Positions 11,282 to 22,024 of a stretch of 33,111 bases of DNA are shown piece by piece. Source of the stretch: Octopus bimaculoides (lineage: Eukaryota); contig NC_068985.1 of assembly GCF_001194135.2 (NCBI RefSeq), positions 53,554,696 to 53,587,806 of the forward strand, read 5' to 3'. The position numbers and the translations under genes were made by a program. Numbering within the stretch: position 1 is the stretch's first letter; the number at the start of each line of letters is the position of its first letter. The notes beneath the pieces were generated by a model that worked only from the letters and a program-made list of their open reading frames with translations, did not search any database and was not told the origin of the DNA.

Positions 11282-11701
11282 AACTAAACATTTCAGAAAA
11301 TGGTTCAAGAACAGCCTTCGATTTTTTTCTATCCAAGGCAGAGTTTTTTAACCTAATATTCTCCATGCTGTTATTTATAGCTTTATCTACTTCGAGTTCC
11401 ACCGTAAAAATATTTATATCACATCCTCGAATATTCTAAATTCTTACAATGTCAATATGGAACCCAAAATATAATTCCACTCTTAAATTTTTCGCTTTTT
11501 CAAGCAACTCTCTTTCCATTCGTAGGTTAAACCCTTTTCATTAAATATTTGAATACTAATCCAAATCGTCCTCAGAGTAAGAAACCAATGTCTTTGATAC
11601 TTAAAAATAACCTCAAATATGAATATTTTATGTTGTTTTGTTTTATTTCAGGTTTCAGCGAAATCACTTTCTTGGTGTCAATTTTCACAAGAGAAAGGGG
11701 G

Positions 11702-13050
11702 AGGTACTCCAGCATGACTTCAGTCCAATGATTGAAACTAGTAAAATAACGGTTTCAAATTTTGATACAAGTCCAGAAATTTCGCGGGAGAGGATAAGTC
11801 GATTACATTAATTCCAGTACTCAACTGCTACTTATTTTATCGACATTGAAAGGATGAAACCCAAAGTGGACCTCGGCGGAATTTGAACTTAAAACATAAA
11901 GACGGACGAAATACTGCTAAGTATTTTTCCCGGCGTGCTAACGATTCTGCCAGCACGTCGCCTTCAAATGAAGTGTTTTACCGATGAACACAACACGCAC
12001 CCCCACTCCACCCTGGTCCGGGAATCGAATCCACGACCTGGCAATCGTGAGTGCAGGACTCTAACCATTGGGACATGCACCTTCACAATTTAAAGCTAAT
12101 AAAATAATCCTTTCTACTAGAGGCACAAGGCCCGGAATTTTTTTTTGGGGGGGGGGGNNNNNNNNNNNNNNNNNNNGGATTTGTCGATAACATCGACACT
12201 AGTGCTTCATTGGTACTTATCGACTCTGAAAGGATGAAAGGCAACGTCGACCGCAGCGGAATTTTGAACTCAGAACGTAGCGACGGGTGAAATACTGCTA
12301 TGCATTTCGTCCAGCATGCTAACGATTCTGGCTGCTCGATAAATTAAGTACCAATCAAAGTTAATAAAAATAATAAGAATAGGAAATATGGTGGATCCAT
12401 CACAAACTGGATCGATAAATTAAGGTTAATTAAATCAATAGATTTCTTTCTCTAAAGATGTTGGTATTGTGTTTATTCTTTTCTACTCTAGGCACAAGGC
12501 CCGAAATTTTTGAGGAGGGGGCCAGTCGATTAGATCAACCCCACTACGCAACTGGTACTTAATTTATAGACCCTGAAAGGATGAAAGGCAAAGCCGACCT
12601 CGTCGGAATTTGAACTCAGAACGTAAAAGCAGACGAAATACTGCTGAGCATTTCGCCCGGCGTGCTAAGTTGGTGTTGTGCTTATCAAAGAAAATAATTT
12701 GGTAATCTGTCCTTTAAAGTACATTGTTTGTTTGTTGGCACTCCGTCGCTTACGACGTCGAGGGTTCCAGTTGATCCGATCAACAGAACAGCCTGCTCGT
12801 GAAATTAACGTGCAAGTGACTGAGCACTCCACTGACACGTGTACCCTTAACGTAGTTCTCGGGGATATTCAGCGTGACACAGTGTGACAAGGCTGACCCT
12901 TTGAATTACAGGCACAACAGAAAGAGGAAGTAAGAGTGAGAGAAAGTTGTGGTGAAAGAGTAAAGCAGGGTTCGCCACCATCCCCTGCCAGAGCCTCGTG
13001 GAGCTTTAGGCGTTTTTGCTCAATAAACACTCACAACACCCGGTCTGGGA
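11702..13050 (-). mobile_element. SINE cluster: A tail 11702-11748 (+); B 11751-11962, C 11965-12086, B 12111-12338, B 12481-12668, D 12725-13050 (all -)
   Basis: Each segment aligns to the same family elsewhere in the window; D matches 18814-19176. Confidence 0.85.
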
Positions 13051-13230
13051 NNNNNNNNNNNNNNNNNNNNNNNNNNNNNNNNNNNNATATATGAACAAAT
13101 TAAATTGACCTTTTTAATTTGCCTTTTTATTTGTTGTTTACATTTTACCATTCTGAAAATTAGTACATGGTTTCAACGGTTTTTCTTATAAGATTGATAG
13201 AAGAAGTTGAGTTTAATTCTAGGCGTTAAG

Positions 13231-13286
13231 AGCCGCTGATGAGAATTAAGATGGTCTACACCAAAATTCGAAATCACAATACAGCT
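13231..13286 (+). ncRNA. Type I hammerhead ribozyme motif (minimal, Penelope-type)
   Basis: agccg-CTGATGA-gaatt[17 nt]aattc-GAAA-tcacaat-A-cagct. Core boxes are intact, stem II has 5 bp, stem I is agccg/cagct (one C.A mismatch), and the cleavage triplet is AUA. Confidence 0.7.
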
Positions 13287-13481
13287 ATATACGCTAGGGA
13301 CTTACCTCCCTTTGTCAGTCATCAAGTATAGTGGTTTAGTGGCTTTGGAGTTAATTTAACTCTTATTTTAGCATAAGTGGTGCTAGTCTGCACCTTCCGT
13401 CACTTTTGCGACCTCTACTAATTTTGCCTATACACACACACATACGTACTCACACATACACACACCTCATATATATATATA

Positions 13482-13527
13482 TATAATTTGATGACCCTAC
13501 AAGACTAGGTGAAAGCGCTAATTTATA
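13482..13527 (+). ncRNA. Minimal hammerhead-like motif with C3-to-U change
   Basis: tataat-TTGATGA-ccct[acaagact]aggt-GAAA-GCGC-TA-atttata. Stem III is the palindrome AGCGCT and stem II is cct/agg. Confidence 0.5.
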
Positions 13528-13855
13528 AAGCATGTAACATATGAATAAGAATCTGTAAATGTACAACCATCCAGACATCTGAGTACCTGATTATTATTTT
13601 TTCTAATATATATATANNNNNNNNNNNNNNNNNNNNNNNNNNNNNNNNNNNNNNNNNNNNNNNNNNNNNNNNNNNNNNNNNNNNNNNNNNNNNNNNNNNN
13701 NNNNNNNNNNNNNNNNNNNNNNNNNNNNNNNNNNNNNNNNNNNNNNNNNNNNNNNNNNNNNNNNNNNNNNNNNNNNNNNNNNNNNNNNNNNNNNNNNNNN
13801 NNNNNNNNNNNNNNNNNNNNNNNNNNNNNNNNNNNNNNNNNNNNNNNNNNNNNNN

Positions 13856-14390
13856 TTCTCTATAAATCCCACAGTTATATATGTACCTGCAACCTAGGAT
13901 CACCAACCAATTTTTCTAATTCTAAAACTAAATAAATTCTGGATTTCTTAATTGTGTTGTGTGTGTTTATTGTGCGAAAACATCTAAAGCTCCACGAGGC
14001 TCCGGCATGGGGGGTGGGGGTGGCAACCCTTGCTGTACTCTTTCGCCCCAACTTTCTCTCATTCTTTCTTCCTGTTTCTTGAGTAACGCTGCGATGGACT
14101 GGCGTCCAGTCCAACTGGGGGNNNNNNNNNNGATGGACTGGCGTCCAGTCCAACTGGGGGGAACACATACGCCATAGAAACCGGGAAACCGGGCCCATGA
14201 GCCTGGCTAGGCTTTAAATGGGCGCACAAATGAAATAATAAAAAACACTTGGGAAACCCAAGTCCACTTTTGCATTTTTTCGGATTGTTTCCGTTTCTTT
14301 ATAAATCCCGCAGTTATATATGTACCTGCATCCTAGGATCACCAACCAATTTTTCTAATTCTAAAATTAAATAAATTCTGGGTTTTTTAG
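13856..14390. repeat. About 95-bp direct repeat pair (13856-13950 and 14295-14390)
   Basis: tataaatccc.cagttatatatgtacctgca.cctaggatcaccaaccaatttttctaattctaaaa occurs in both, with several substitutions. Confidence 0.9.
13955..14245 (+). mobile_element. 5'-truncated SINE with family D body and family C-type (V-domain-like) 3' half
   Basis: gtgtttattg.gcgaaaacatctaaagctccacgagg...cttcctgtttct (D) is joined to gagtaacgctgcgatggactggcgtcc...gaaaccggg, as in 21670-21893. Confidence 0.8.
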
Positions 14391-14546
14391 ATATCATTTC
14401 TAAATGTAGTCCTAGTTTATAGGTGGAGGCATAGCCATGTGTTAAAGAAGTTCACTTCGCAACTGCAAAATCGTTAAAATAAGTACAAGACAAAATACTG
14501 GGGCTAATATAATAATATAAGACCACTGGTCGCAGTCTAAATAATC

Positions 14547-14757
14547 CTTTCTATTGCAGACATAAAGCCTGAAATTTTGGGAGGCGAGGGTTAATCGATT
14601 ACATCGACTCCAGTGTTCGACTGGTACTTGTTTTATCGACTACGAAAGAATAAAAGGCAACGTCTTCTCGGTGGAATTTGATATTAGAACATAAAAACAG
14701 AGGAAATGCCGCCAAGCATTTTGTCTGGCGTGCTAATAATTCTGCCTGTTCGCCGCC
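14547..14757 (-). mobile_element. SINE family B
   Basis: Full-length alignment to other B copies. Confidence 0.85.
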
Positions 14758-15445
14758 TTCCACAGTCCAACTAATGAAACCACGAACAATAAATTTTGTT
14801 ATCTTCACATTTGTCTGCTTTAATTCAGACCTAATTTCCATGGCTCAATTGTCTGTCGTTTACAAGTATAACTAACTATATCTTCAGTCATGTTAGGTAT
14901 GTTGCAGTGGAGAAAACTTATTTTTTGTTAGCTTTTCTTGTATTGTTTTCAACACAAATTGGTCGAATGAGTTCAAAATTTTTCAGTAACCAGCTGAGAA
15001 AATGCACAAGTACTTTCTTGAGATACGCCTAATCTAATTATTTTAATATATTTTTGTCTGATTATTCAAATGAAATGCTTGTCAAACCAGTTTTCAGTGT
15101 GTTAAAAACAGAGAAAATTCATAACTCAATCTCTGATTTAATATGAATGAAAACGTTTGTCTTTCAAGGGTTATCATTCCTATTGAGGCATCGTGTTGTA
15201 ATATTCTTTTTTCTTTAAAATTTTCCTCTTCCTCACTACTCTCATCTCAATAAAATATTTTCCTTTAACTCATTAAATGAGAAAATAAATAAATATCCCA
15301 GTTACTATTCTGGCCCAAAACCTCCAAACCCTAACTGGAAAACTTGTTTCTTAAAACCAATCACTCAGTTTTAAGATTAATATTTTACTATTTGCCAACA
15401 AACTATAAAACAATTTAGTCATATTTGTTGCCACTTCAGACTGGT

Positions 15446-15580
15446 TGCACGCAATATATCGGGTACAAGTTGTGCCGTTAACCAGCTGGAGATGTCTTCC
15501 TGGGGTTAAAAAAATGGCAGTAACGTAGTTCCGTACGTAACAGCCATGTTGAAGTAACAACAAACATTCTTTTTCAGTAT
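15446..15580 (-). repeat. Diverged third copy of the unclassified repeat seen at 5356-5948
   Basis: Minus strand ttactgcc...ttaaccccaggaagacatctccagctggttaacggcac...gatatattgcgtgc aligns with ttactacc...ttaaccccagaaaaacatcttttccaactggttatcgacac...ggtatactgtgagc. Confidence 0.7.
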
Positions 15581-15679
15581 TATTACTACTTACATCTCTT
15601 ATAGAGATTTTAGAACTAACTATTTTGCTTGTTAATTTAGTCAGTTTTTCGGACCATTGACTTCATGTTTAGACGTAGC

Positions 15680-15745
15680 CGCAGGCGTGGATGTGTGGTT
15701 AAAAAGTTCGCTTTGCAGCCATGTGGTTTTGGGTTCAGTCCTGGG
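15680..15745 (+). mobile_element. SINE family A head fragment
   Basis: gcaggcgtggatgtgtggttaaaaagttcgctttgcagccatgtggttttgggttcagtcc. Confidence 0.7.
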
Positions 15746-15908
15746 GTCGAAAACAAAATACCAAACCAAGGTAGTGGATTAGAAGATGCCTTGTGGTATT
15801 TGCTCCGGGTTTTTTTAGTTCAAATCCTGCATTTTGAGTTCAAATCATGCCATACTTGGATGGTAGACTCAATCTACCGTCTGCTTTAACACCACCACCT
15901 GACAACTT

Positions 15909-15947
15909 GGCTTAGTTGCAGGCTTAGTTGCAGGCTTAGTTGCAGGC
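15909..15947. repeat. 3 x 12-bp tandem repeat GGCTTAGTTGCA
   Basis: Exact copies at 15909, 15921 and 15933. Confidence 0.9.
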
Positions 15948-16150
15948 CTTCAGGCTAGGTCTTTGGATTAAAGATACCTTCCACCTTCCCTTTCCCTTTC
16001 CATCGTTTTTTAATGCCCAGTTAAAGAGTCATGGGTGCTGCCTTCTCTTCTGATTGAAAAATAAAAAAGACAAAGGAGATCAAGCCTAGGGAAACGTAGT
16101 GTAGTTGTAAAAATCTTTAAAAAATTAAGCTCATAGTGTAAGAATGTTGA

Positions 16151-16392
16151 AGGCGCGTGGCCGAGTGGTTAGGGTGTTGCACACATGTTCGTTAAATCGT
16201 AGTTTCAATTCCTGAACCGGGCGGTGCGTATCCTTGAACAAAACATTTCATTTCACGTTGCTCCACTCCACTCATCCTCGAATGAATTCCAGTAAACGTT
16301 GGGAAGTTAGCACTGCGACGAACATGCGTCACATTCTGGGGATAGTGGAAACCGGGTTAAATTCTGGCTTTATGAGTCCTAGCATTCATGAC
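16151..16392 (+). mobile_element. SINE family C, full length, decayed
   Basis: aggcgcgtggccgagtggttagggtg head, catttcacgttgctcca body and ctgcgacg...ggaaaccggg...tatgag tail. Confidence 0.8.
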
Positions 16393-16657
16393 ACACCTAA
16401 GTGTTAGAATATATAATCTTATAAAGACCATTTTATCTCAGATATTTAGACATTTAGAAATTTAATAGTGGTTTTCATTTTCCCTTCAAGAAGACATAAA
16501 AATTTTCAGATGATTTTATAGAGAGTTACAAGAGAAATCTGAGAATGGAATTTTGAGCAAAGGAGCACACACACACACACACAAAAACAACTGGCTACAA
16601 ATATATGGTTGTTGTTGTTGTTGCTATTCTTTCTATGGCTGTTGTTGTTGTTGAAGT

Positions 16658-16852
16658 GAGGGATTGACAGAACCGTTAGCACGTAGGACAAAGTGCTTAG
16701 CGGCATTTATTCCAGTTCAAATATCGGCGAGCACAGCCTCGTTTTCATCTTTTCAGGTTCGATAAAATAAGTACTAGCTGAGCACTGAGGTCGATATAAT
16801 CAACTTGGCCCCTCCCGCCAAATTGCTTGACGTGTGCCAAAATAAGAAAGAG
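16658..16852 (+). mobile_element. SINE family B, decayed
   Basis: gacagaaccgttagcacg...gataaaataagtactagctgagcactgaggtcgat. Confidence 0.8.
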
Positions 16853-17124
16853 TTGTTGCTATTGTTGTTGTTGCTGCAATTGTTATTGTTATTGTTATTG
16901 TGTTGTCGTCGTCGTTGTTCACTTCGTTATTGTTGTTGTTATTGTTATTGTCATTAGTTTTGTAGCTGTCGTTGTTGTTGTTGTTTAAATGCTATTCAGC
17001 CCAAATTATTTATAATTTATGACGAAAAACTTCCAAATTGTAATATCATGTCTTTATAAATACATAAGACTACATTGACCAATCTCTCCCTCCTTATTAA
17101 GACAGTAGGATGTGTCCCAACTTA

Positions 17125-17429
17125 ATGGTTCCGGATTCAGTCCCACTACGTGACACCTTGGATGTCTCCTACTTTAGCTTCGGGCCGACTAAAGTTTTGT
17201 GAGTGGATTTGGTAGACGGAAACTGAAAGAAGCCTGTTGTAGATGTGTGTGTGTATTTGTGCCCGTGTTTGTCCCCCTCCAATGTTTGACAGCCGGTGTT
17301 GATAGAATAAGTACTAAGCTTTACAATGAATAAGTCCTGGTGTTAAATTCTTTCGACTAAATATGCTTTAAGGTGGTGCCCCAAAATGGTTGCGGTCAAA
17401 TGACTGCAACACGTGAAAGATAGAAGATA
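17125..17429 (+). mobile_element. SINE family A, 5'-truncated
   Basis: ttcagtcccact...gtgagtggatttggtagacggaaactgaaagaagcc...ggtggtgcccca. Confidence 0.85.
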
Positions 17430-17639
17430 TCTCGCAGGTCGAGTGACCGCATAGACGCGCATAATTGGCTTGAAAAAAGATATTTTAATGAGATAAATTA
17501 AGGTTAATGATGTTTAAATAATTGGTCTACAACCAGGAAGCTGAGAGACTGACTCTAAAACCATTGCTTATAAAGCTAGTTCCAAAATGAACTAGATACA
17601 GTGTCATTATCGTTTTCGAAGAACACTTATTTCAATTAA

Positions 17640-17900
17640 AACTATGTTTTAACTACATCTCCAGTTATAATGTTGATTGTGCACCAAATGGCATTTATTT
17701 TCTCTTGTATCTTTAATATGATACAAGATAAACCTTTTCGAATTCACCAAAGTCTTGGATGCATTGTGACACTTGTAAACAAAGAATCTTTCTCTCTGTA
17801 AGTAGCCAAAATATTTATAAATCCATCTGACTGGTTTCAAAGCCTATTTGATACTCATCAGAGATTGAATTGCTATTTATACAAATCGAATTAATCAATT
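17640..17900 (-). mobile_element. Possible Penelope-like 5' fragment (hammerhead followed by frameshifted ORF-like start)
   Basis: The hammerhead at 17867-17823 is followed by broken frames EFEKVYLVS and ENKCHLVHN, reminiscent of Penelope ORF N-termini. The similarity is weak and recalled from memory. Confidence 0.35.
17823..17867 (-). ncRNA. Type I hammerhead ribozyme motif with GUC cleavage triplet
   Basis: Minus strand reads caatct-CTGATGA-gtatcaaataggcttt-GAAA-CCAG-TC-agatgg. The core is intact and stem I is atct/agat, but stem II is weak. Confidence 0.6.
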
Positions 17901-18261
17901 GAGCAAAACTTAATGACTATGTATAGCTATCAGTTATATTCCAGCCCCGCGGGGTAGAACATATAATAATCTATCGCTGATTAGAATCAAACGAAATGAG
18001 AAACCGTTCAGATGGGTCGATTTTTTCTGTCCACGGAAATAATGAAAGAGATAGCTCTTTCATTTTGGCACAATACTGCATAGGGACTGATGTGTTGGAC
18101 AAAGCTGTTTCACTAAAATGACACTACGGGTAATATTTTCCTTATGAACCAATGTACTTTGCAAATTATGGGTATTCTATAAAGTACAGCGTGTCACAAA
18201 ACATTAGAAATATTCTGTGCAGTAAGGAAGATAAATTATCTGTTCGTGTATATGTATATTT

Positions 18262-18501
18262 ATACACATACACACACACATACACACACATACATACATG
18301 TGTGTGTGTGTGTGTATACATGTAGACAGACAGACAGATAGATAGATAATTAGATAGATAGATAGATAGGCAGGCAGGCAGACATACAAGCAAATAACTA
18401 GGCAGACAGACAGAGAGAGACAAACAGATAGATAGATAGATAGATAGATAGATATATAGATACATACATACATACATACATACATACATACATACATACA
18501 T
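18262..18501. repeat. Compound CA/TG/GACA/GATA/TACA microsatellite
   Basis: Directly visible. Confidence 0.95.
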
Positions 18502-18569
18502 AGTTCCCTCTTTAACTAATCATAGATACAATACCTAATGTTAACCGTTAGTTTCCGGCCCTGTGAATG

Positions 18570-20186
18570 CAGTGACGAATTTAAAGCTTGTAGGACCCGG
18601 GGTACTTGAAGTTCGATGGGCCCCTTATACACAGTAATTAAAATCCCTGAATACTTACTAAATTTACATCTCAGAATCCGCCTATTACATGTAATTGACT
18701 AGTTAACACAGAAAGTTTAAATGTATCTGTTAATGCAAATTTTTGTCATCTAAACTAAGTAAAGTAAGTTTTACCAACTCAGCACAATATTCTACTACAA
18801 TACATACAAAAACGTGGAGGCGCAATGGCCCAGTGGTTAGGGTAGCGGACTCGCGGTCATAGGATCGCGGTTTCGATTTCCAGACCGGGCGTTGTGAGTC
18901 TTTATTGAGCGAAAATATCTAAAGCTCCACGAGGATCCGGCATGGGATGGTGGCGAACCCTGCTGTACTCTTCCACCACAACTTTCTCTCACTCTTACTT
19001 CCTGTTTCTGTTGTACCTGTAATTGAAAGGGTCAGCCTTGTCACACTGAGTCACGCTGAATATCCACGTGTCTGTGGAGTGCTCAGCCATTTGCACGTTA
19101 ATTTCATGAGCTGGCTGTTCCGTTGATTGAATCAACGGGAACCCTCGACGTCGTAAGCGACGGAGTGCCAACAACAACATACAAAAACACTTTCTTTTTT
19201 CTACCTTGGTATCTGAAAAATCTTTAATGATTTCCTCGAACAGTGTCGTCTTTAGAACACTGCTTTATACATTCAAATGGCACAGAGTATTTAGACTTTG
19301 ATATGTCATTGTGGTTCCGAAATAATTCTTATCAATCCCATTCTACTGAATGCCTCTCTCCTGAACAACCAGTGACCATCAAGCTCAAATATATGCTAAG
19401 AGCTACATCAACAGTTGGAAATGTTCCAGCAAGCCCTTCATCATGAAATTGAAAGTGCCTGTTGTAGTGAGGTGGAAGATGTCCAAAGCTTGCAAAATAT
19501 CTTCTGGGATTTCCAAATGCTTTCAAGTAACCCATTAGAAATGGATTAAATTGTGCAATAAGTTCCATAATTCCTAGGAAATTCCCACTGTGCTTAGATC
19601 CTATGAGCTCTTCACTATCCCTAAATGCGGTGTTTCTCTCGATTAGAAATGTTTTCGCGGATACAACACAACGCAATATTTTGGTCCAATACTTCTAGTT
19701 TTCTTGCACTTGTTTTCCCAACTCCCTTTTAACATGAGAACATATTTTACACAAGATATTGAAGTGCAACACTGAATTTTTGTGGCCTTGGCTTTCTCTA
19801 TACGTTTTCATTTTTTTCTTCTGTTTTTGTTTTTATGTCCCCTAATCATTAAAACCATCCTAGTTGGAAAACCTTTCACGGTGGCTTGGCATCAAAGTAC
19901 AGTAAAAGCAATAAACTGCACTCTTTGATCGGCTGTACAGGATCCACTTTCTCAAACGCTGCTCACCATTGTCACAAATAGTATAAAATATTGAATTCTT
20001 AAAATAATGGCAGTGTCCATCCAGTTTGCCTCTGTCTTTTTTTATGATGACGTCAAGATTCTAGATTCTGAAAGAACATAGGCACGTACTTTTCTCTGAC
20101 AGAAAACTATCTGGCTCGGTCTAGATCCCAAGATGGCAGTAGGATGCGGTGAGTCATCTTCAATATCTTGAGTTGATATGTTACTC
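18570..20186 (-). mobile_element. Internally deleted hAT (Tip100/ZMYM1-like, TTF zinc finger) DNA transposon, with nested SINE
   Basis: Minus-strand frames are RKWILYSRSKSAVYCFYC (TTF finger), LIERNTAFRDSEELIGSKHSGNFLGIMELIAQF (DUF4371-like) and FPTVDVALSIYLSLMVTGCSGER plus LFEEIIKDFSDTK (hAT dimerisation region). A TIR-like CAGTGACGAATTT begins at 18570; the other end probably lies in the gap. Confidence 0.85.
18814..19176 (+). mobile_element. SINE family D, full length, with 12-bp target-site duplication
   Basis: tRNA-like head (A box TGGCCCAGTGG, B box GTTTCGATTTC) and (ACA)n tail. The TSD ACATACAAAAAC occurs at 18802-18813 and 19177-19188. Confidence 0.95.
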
Positions 20187-21103
20187 NNNNNNNNNNNNNN
20201 NNNNNNNNNNNNNNNNNNNNNNNNNNNNNNNNNNNNNNNNNNNNNNNNNNNNNNNNNNNNNNNNNNNNNNNNNNNNNNNNNNNNNNNNNNNNNNNNNNNN
20301 NNNNNNNNNNNNNNNNNNNNNNNNNNNNNNNNNNNNNNNNNNNNNNNNNNNNNNNNNNNNNNNNNNNNNNNNNNNNNNNNNNNNNNNNNNNNNNNNNNNN
20401 NNNNNNNNNNNNNNNNNNNNNTGGAAGCCAAATAGTTTTATCTCTTTTTCGAAAATATGACATTTCAATGTCGAACAGAATAATGAACTTCATGGAGTAG
20501 CAAGATGTGTGAGTGCGTGTTTGTTTGTTTGAGTATGTGTGCGTGTGTGTGTGTTTGCGTGTGCGCGCGCGTGCGACGTGTGCGTGCGTGCGCATGTGTT
20601 TTAACTGCAAGTACAAAAACATGAAACTGATGGGTCAAACAACTTCTGTCTATCTTTATATATAAACAGATGAATAGAAGTACTGAATATTTTCTAGAAA
20701 ACTTTCGTTTTTGTTACATTTGTTTTACGTAGTTACTTTTTCCACATCCATTCTGTTTGTTTTATTTCCAAGGGAATTTATTTAAAGCTGCTTTTGGACA
20801 AATGGACAGTAACTACTTTAGGGTTGAGTATTGGTTTCGCTTAACTGGAAAGTGTGGTGTATTTTTTAAAGATTTCTTTATGTGGATTTTCATGCAAGCT
20901 TCCTGAGAAAAGGAAGGAAACTACCGGTGTAGAGACACCACTACTCGTGACAAGGAAGAAGGCGATGATGGACGGAAGGAGGGAGTTATTGCTCTTCCTC
21001 CCACTAATAAATCCGAGTATGCGTGGATGGACTTAATATTATAAAAAATAAATTCTGTTATGGCAGCAAACATATATACGTACACGCATATACACACAGA
21101 TCG

Positions 21104-21145
<42 letters not shown>

Positions 21146-21669
21146 TCATTTAAGAAGCTATGAGTCAGAAACATTGACACTCGTATATTTATCAATAGGG
21201 TGGGTATAGTAATCGAGACATACAGTATTATAGATCCATTACAGCCGATCTTACCAATCAGTTTTGCACATGGATATTAAATAACTGCATGGTTATCTAA
21301 TATATATGCTCTTCTGAGATCGTGATATGTAAAAAATATGGCGACTGTTGTGATAAAAGACGAAACGATGTCACGGGAGGCATGTGTGTACAGTTAGATG
21401 TACAACCGGTGATTTAGAGATCCAAGTAGAGTGTCATCACCCAGTCTACTTTCAGTAAAGTGATGTGGTTACCACTGTACTTAGCGGTATTGCCAATTAT
21501 AATACATAGAGAAAATGTAAGAAAGAGTATAATAAACACGAGATGTTTATATCATTTGTTCCCTATGTAACCATTGTGGTTATTTGTGTCCTCTGGAGTA
21601 GGTGTTACAAGTGCAGCTGGATACTGAACCAAAACAGTTCGGCACTTGGAACATACATTATGGAAGATA

Positions 21670-21893
21670 CCTTCCTTCTCGAGTCATGACAACTCATAAG
21701 TGCCGGTTTCCCAGTTTCCGTGACGTATAAATTTTCCACCTGCACGGGACGCCGGTCCGTCGCAGGATTACTCATTTTTCCAGCTGAGGGGACTGGAACA
21801 ACGTGAAATGAAATGTTTTGCTCAAGAACACAACGCGTCGCCCGGTCCGGGAATCAAAACCACAATCTTACGATCATGAATCAACACCTTCCA
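21670..21893 (-). mobile_element. SINE family C
   Basis: Reverse complement has tgattcccggaccgggcgacgcgttgtgttcttgagcaa...gagtaatcctgcgacggaccggcgtccc. Confidence 0.85.
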
Positions 21894-22024
21894 CAGAGGA
21901 TACAAATATCCGCAATGACGAAACGTACGCTGGGAAAGAATGATATAAATTACTGCATGCTTCGGCACAATTTTGAGAGGATGGTGTTAGTCAATTCTAT
22001 CGACTCAATACGTAACTGGTACTT

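Noticed and set aside
14093-14160. 29-bp direct repeat flanking a 10-N gap
   Set aside because: Exact overlap on both sides of a placeholder gap; an unmerged contig overlap.
17728-17797. Possible 70-nt plus-strand exon ending at GTAAGT
   Set aside because: Weak AAG acceptor, no partner exons, and overlap with the probable Penelope fragment.
18814-18890. tRNA-like sequence with A and B boxes
   Set aside because: It is the head of a SINE with body, tail and TSD, not a tRNA gene.
21338-21396. aaatATGGCG start/YY1-like motif
   Set aside because: The frame stops after about 19 codons and has no GT donor.
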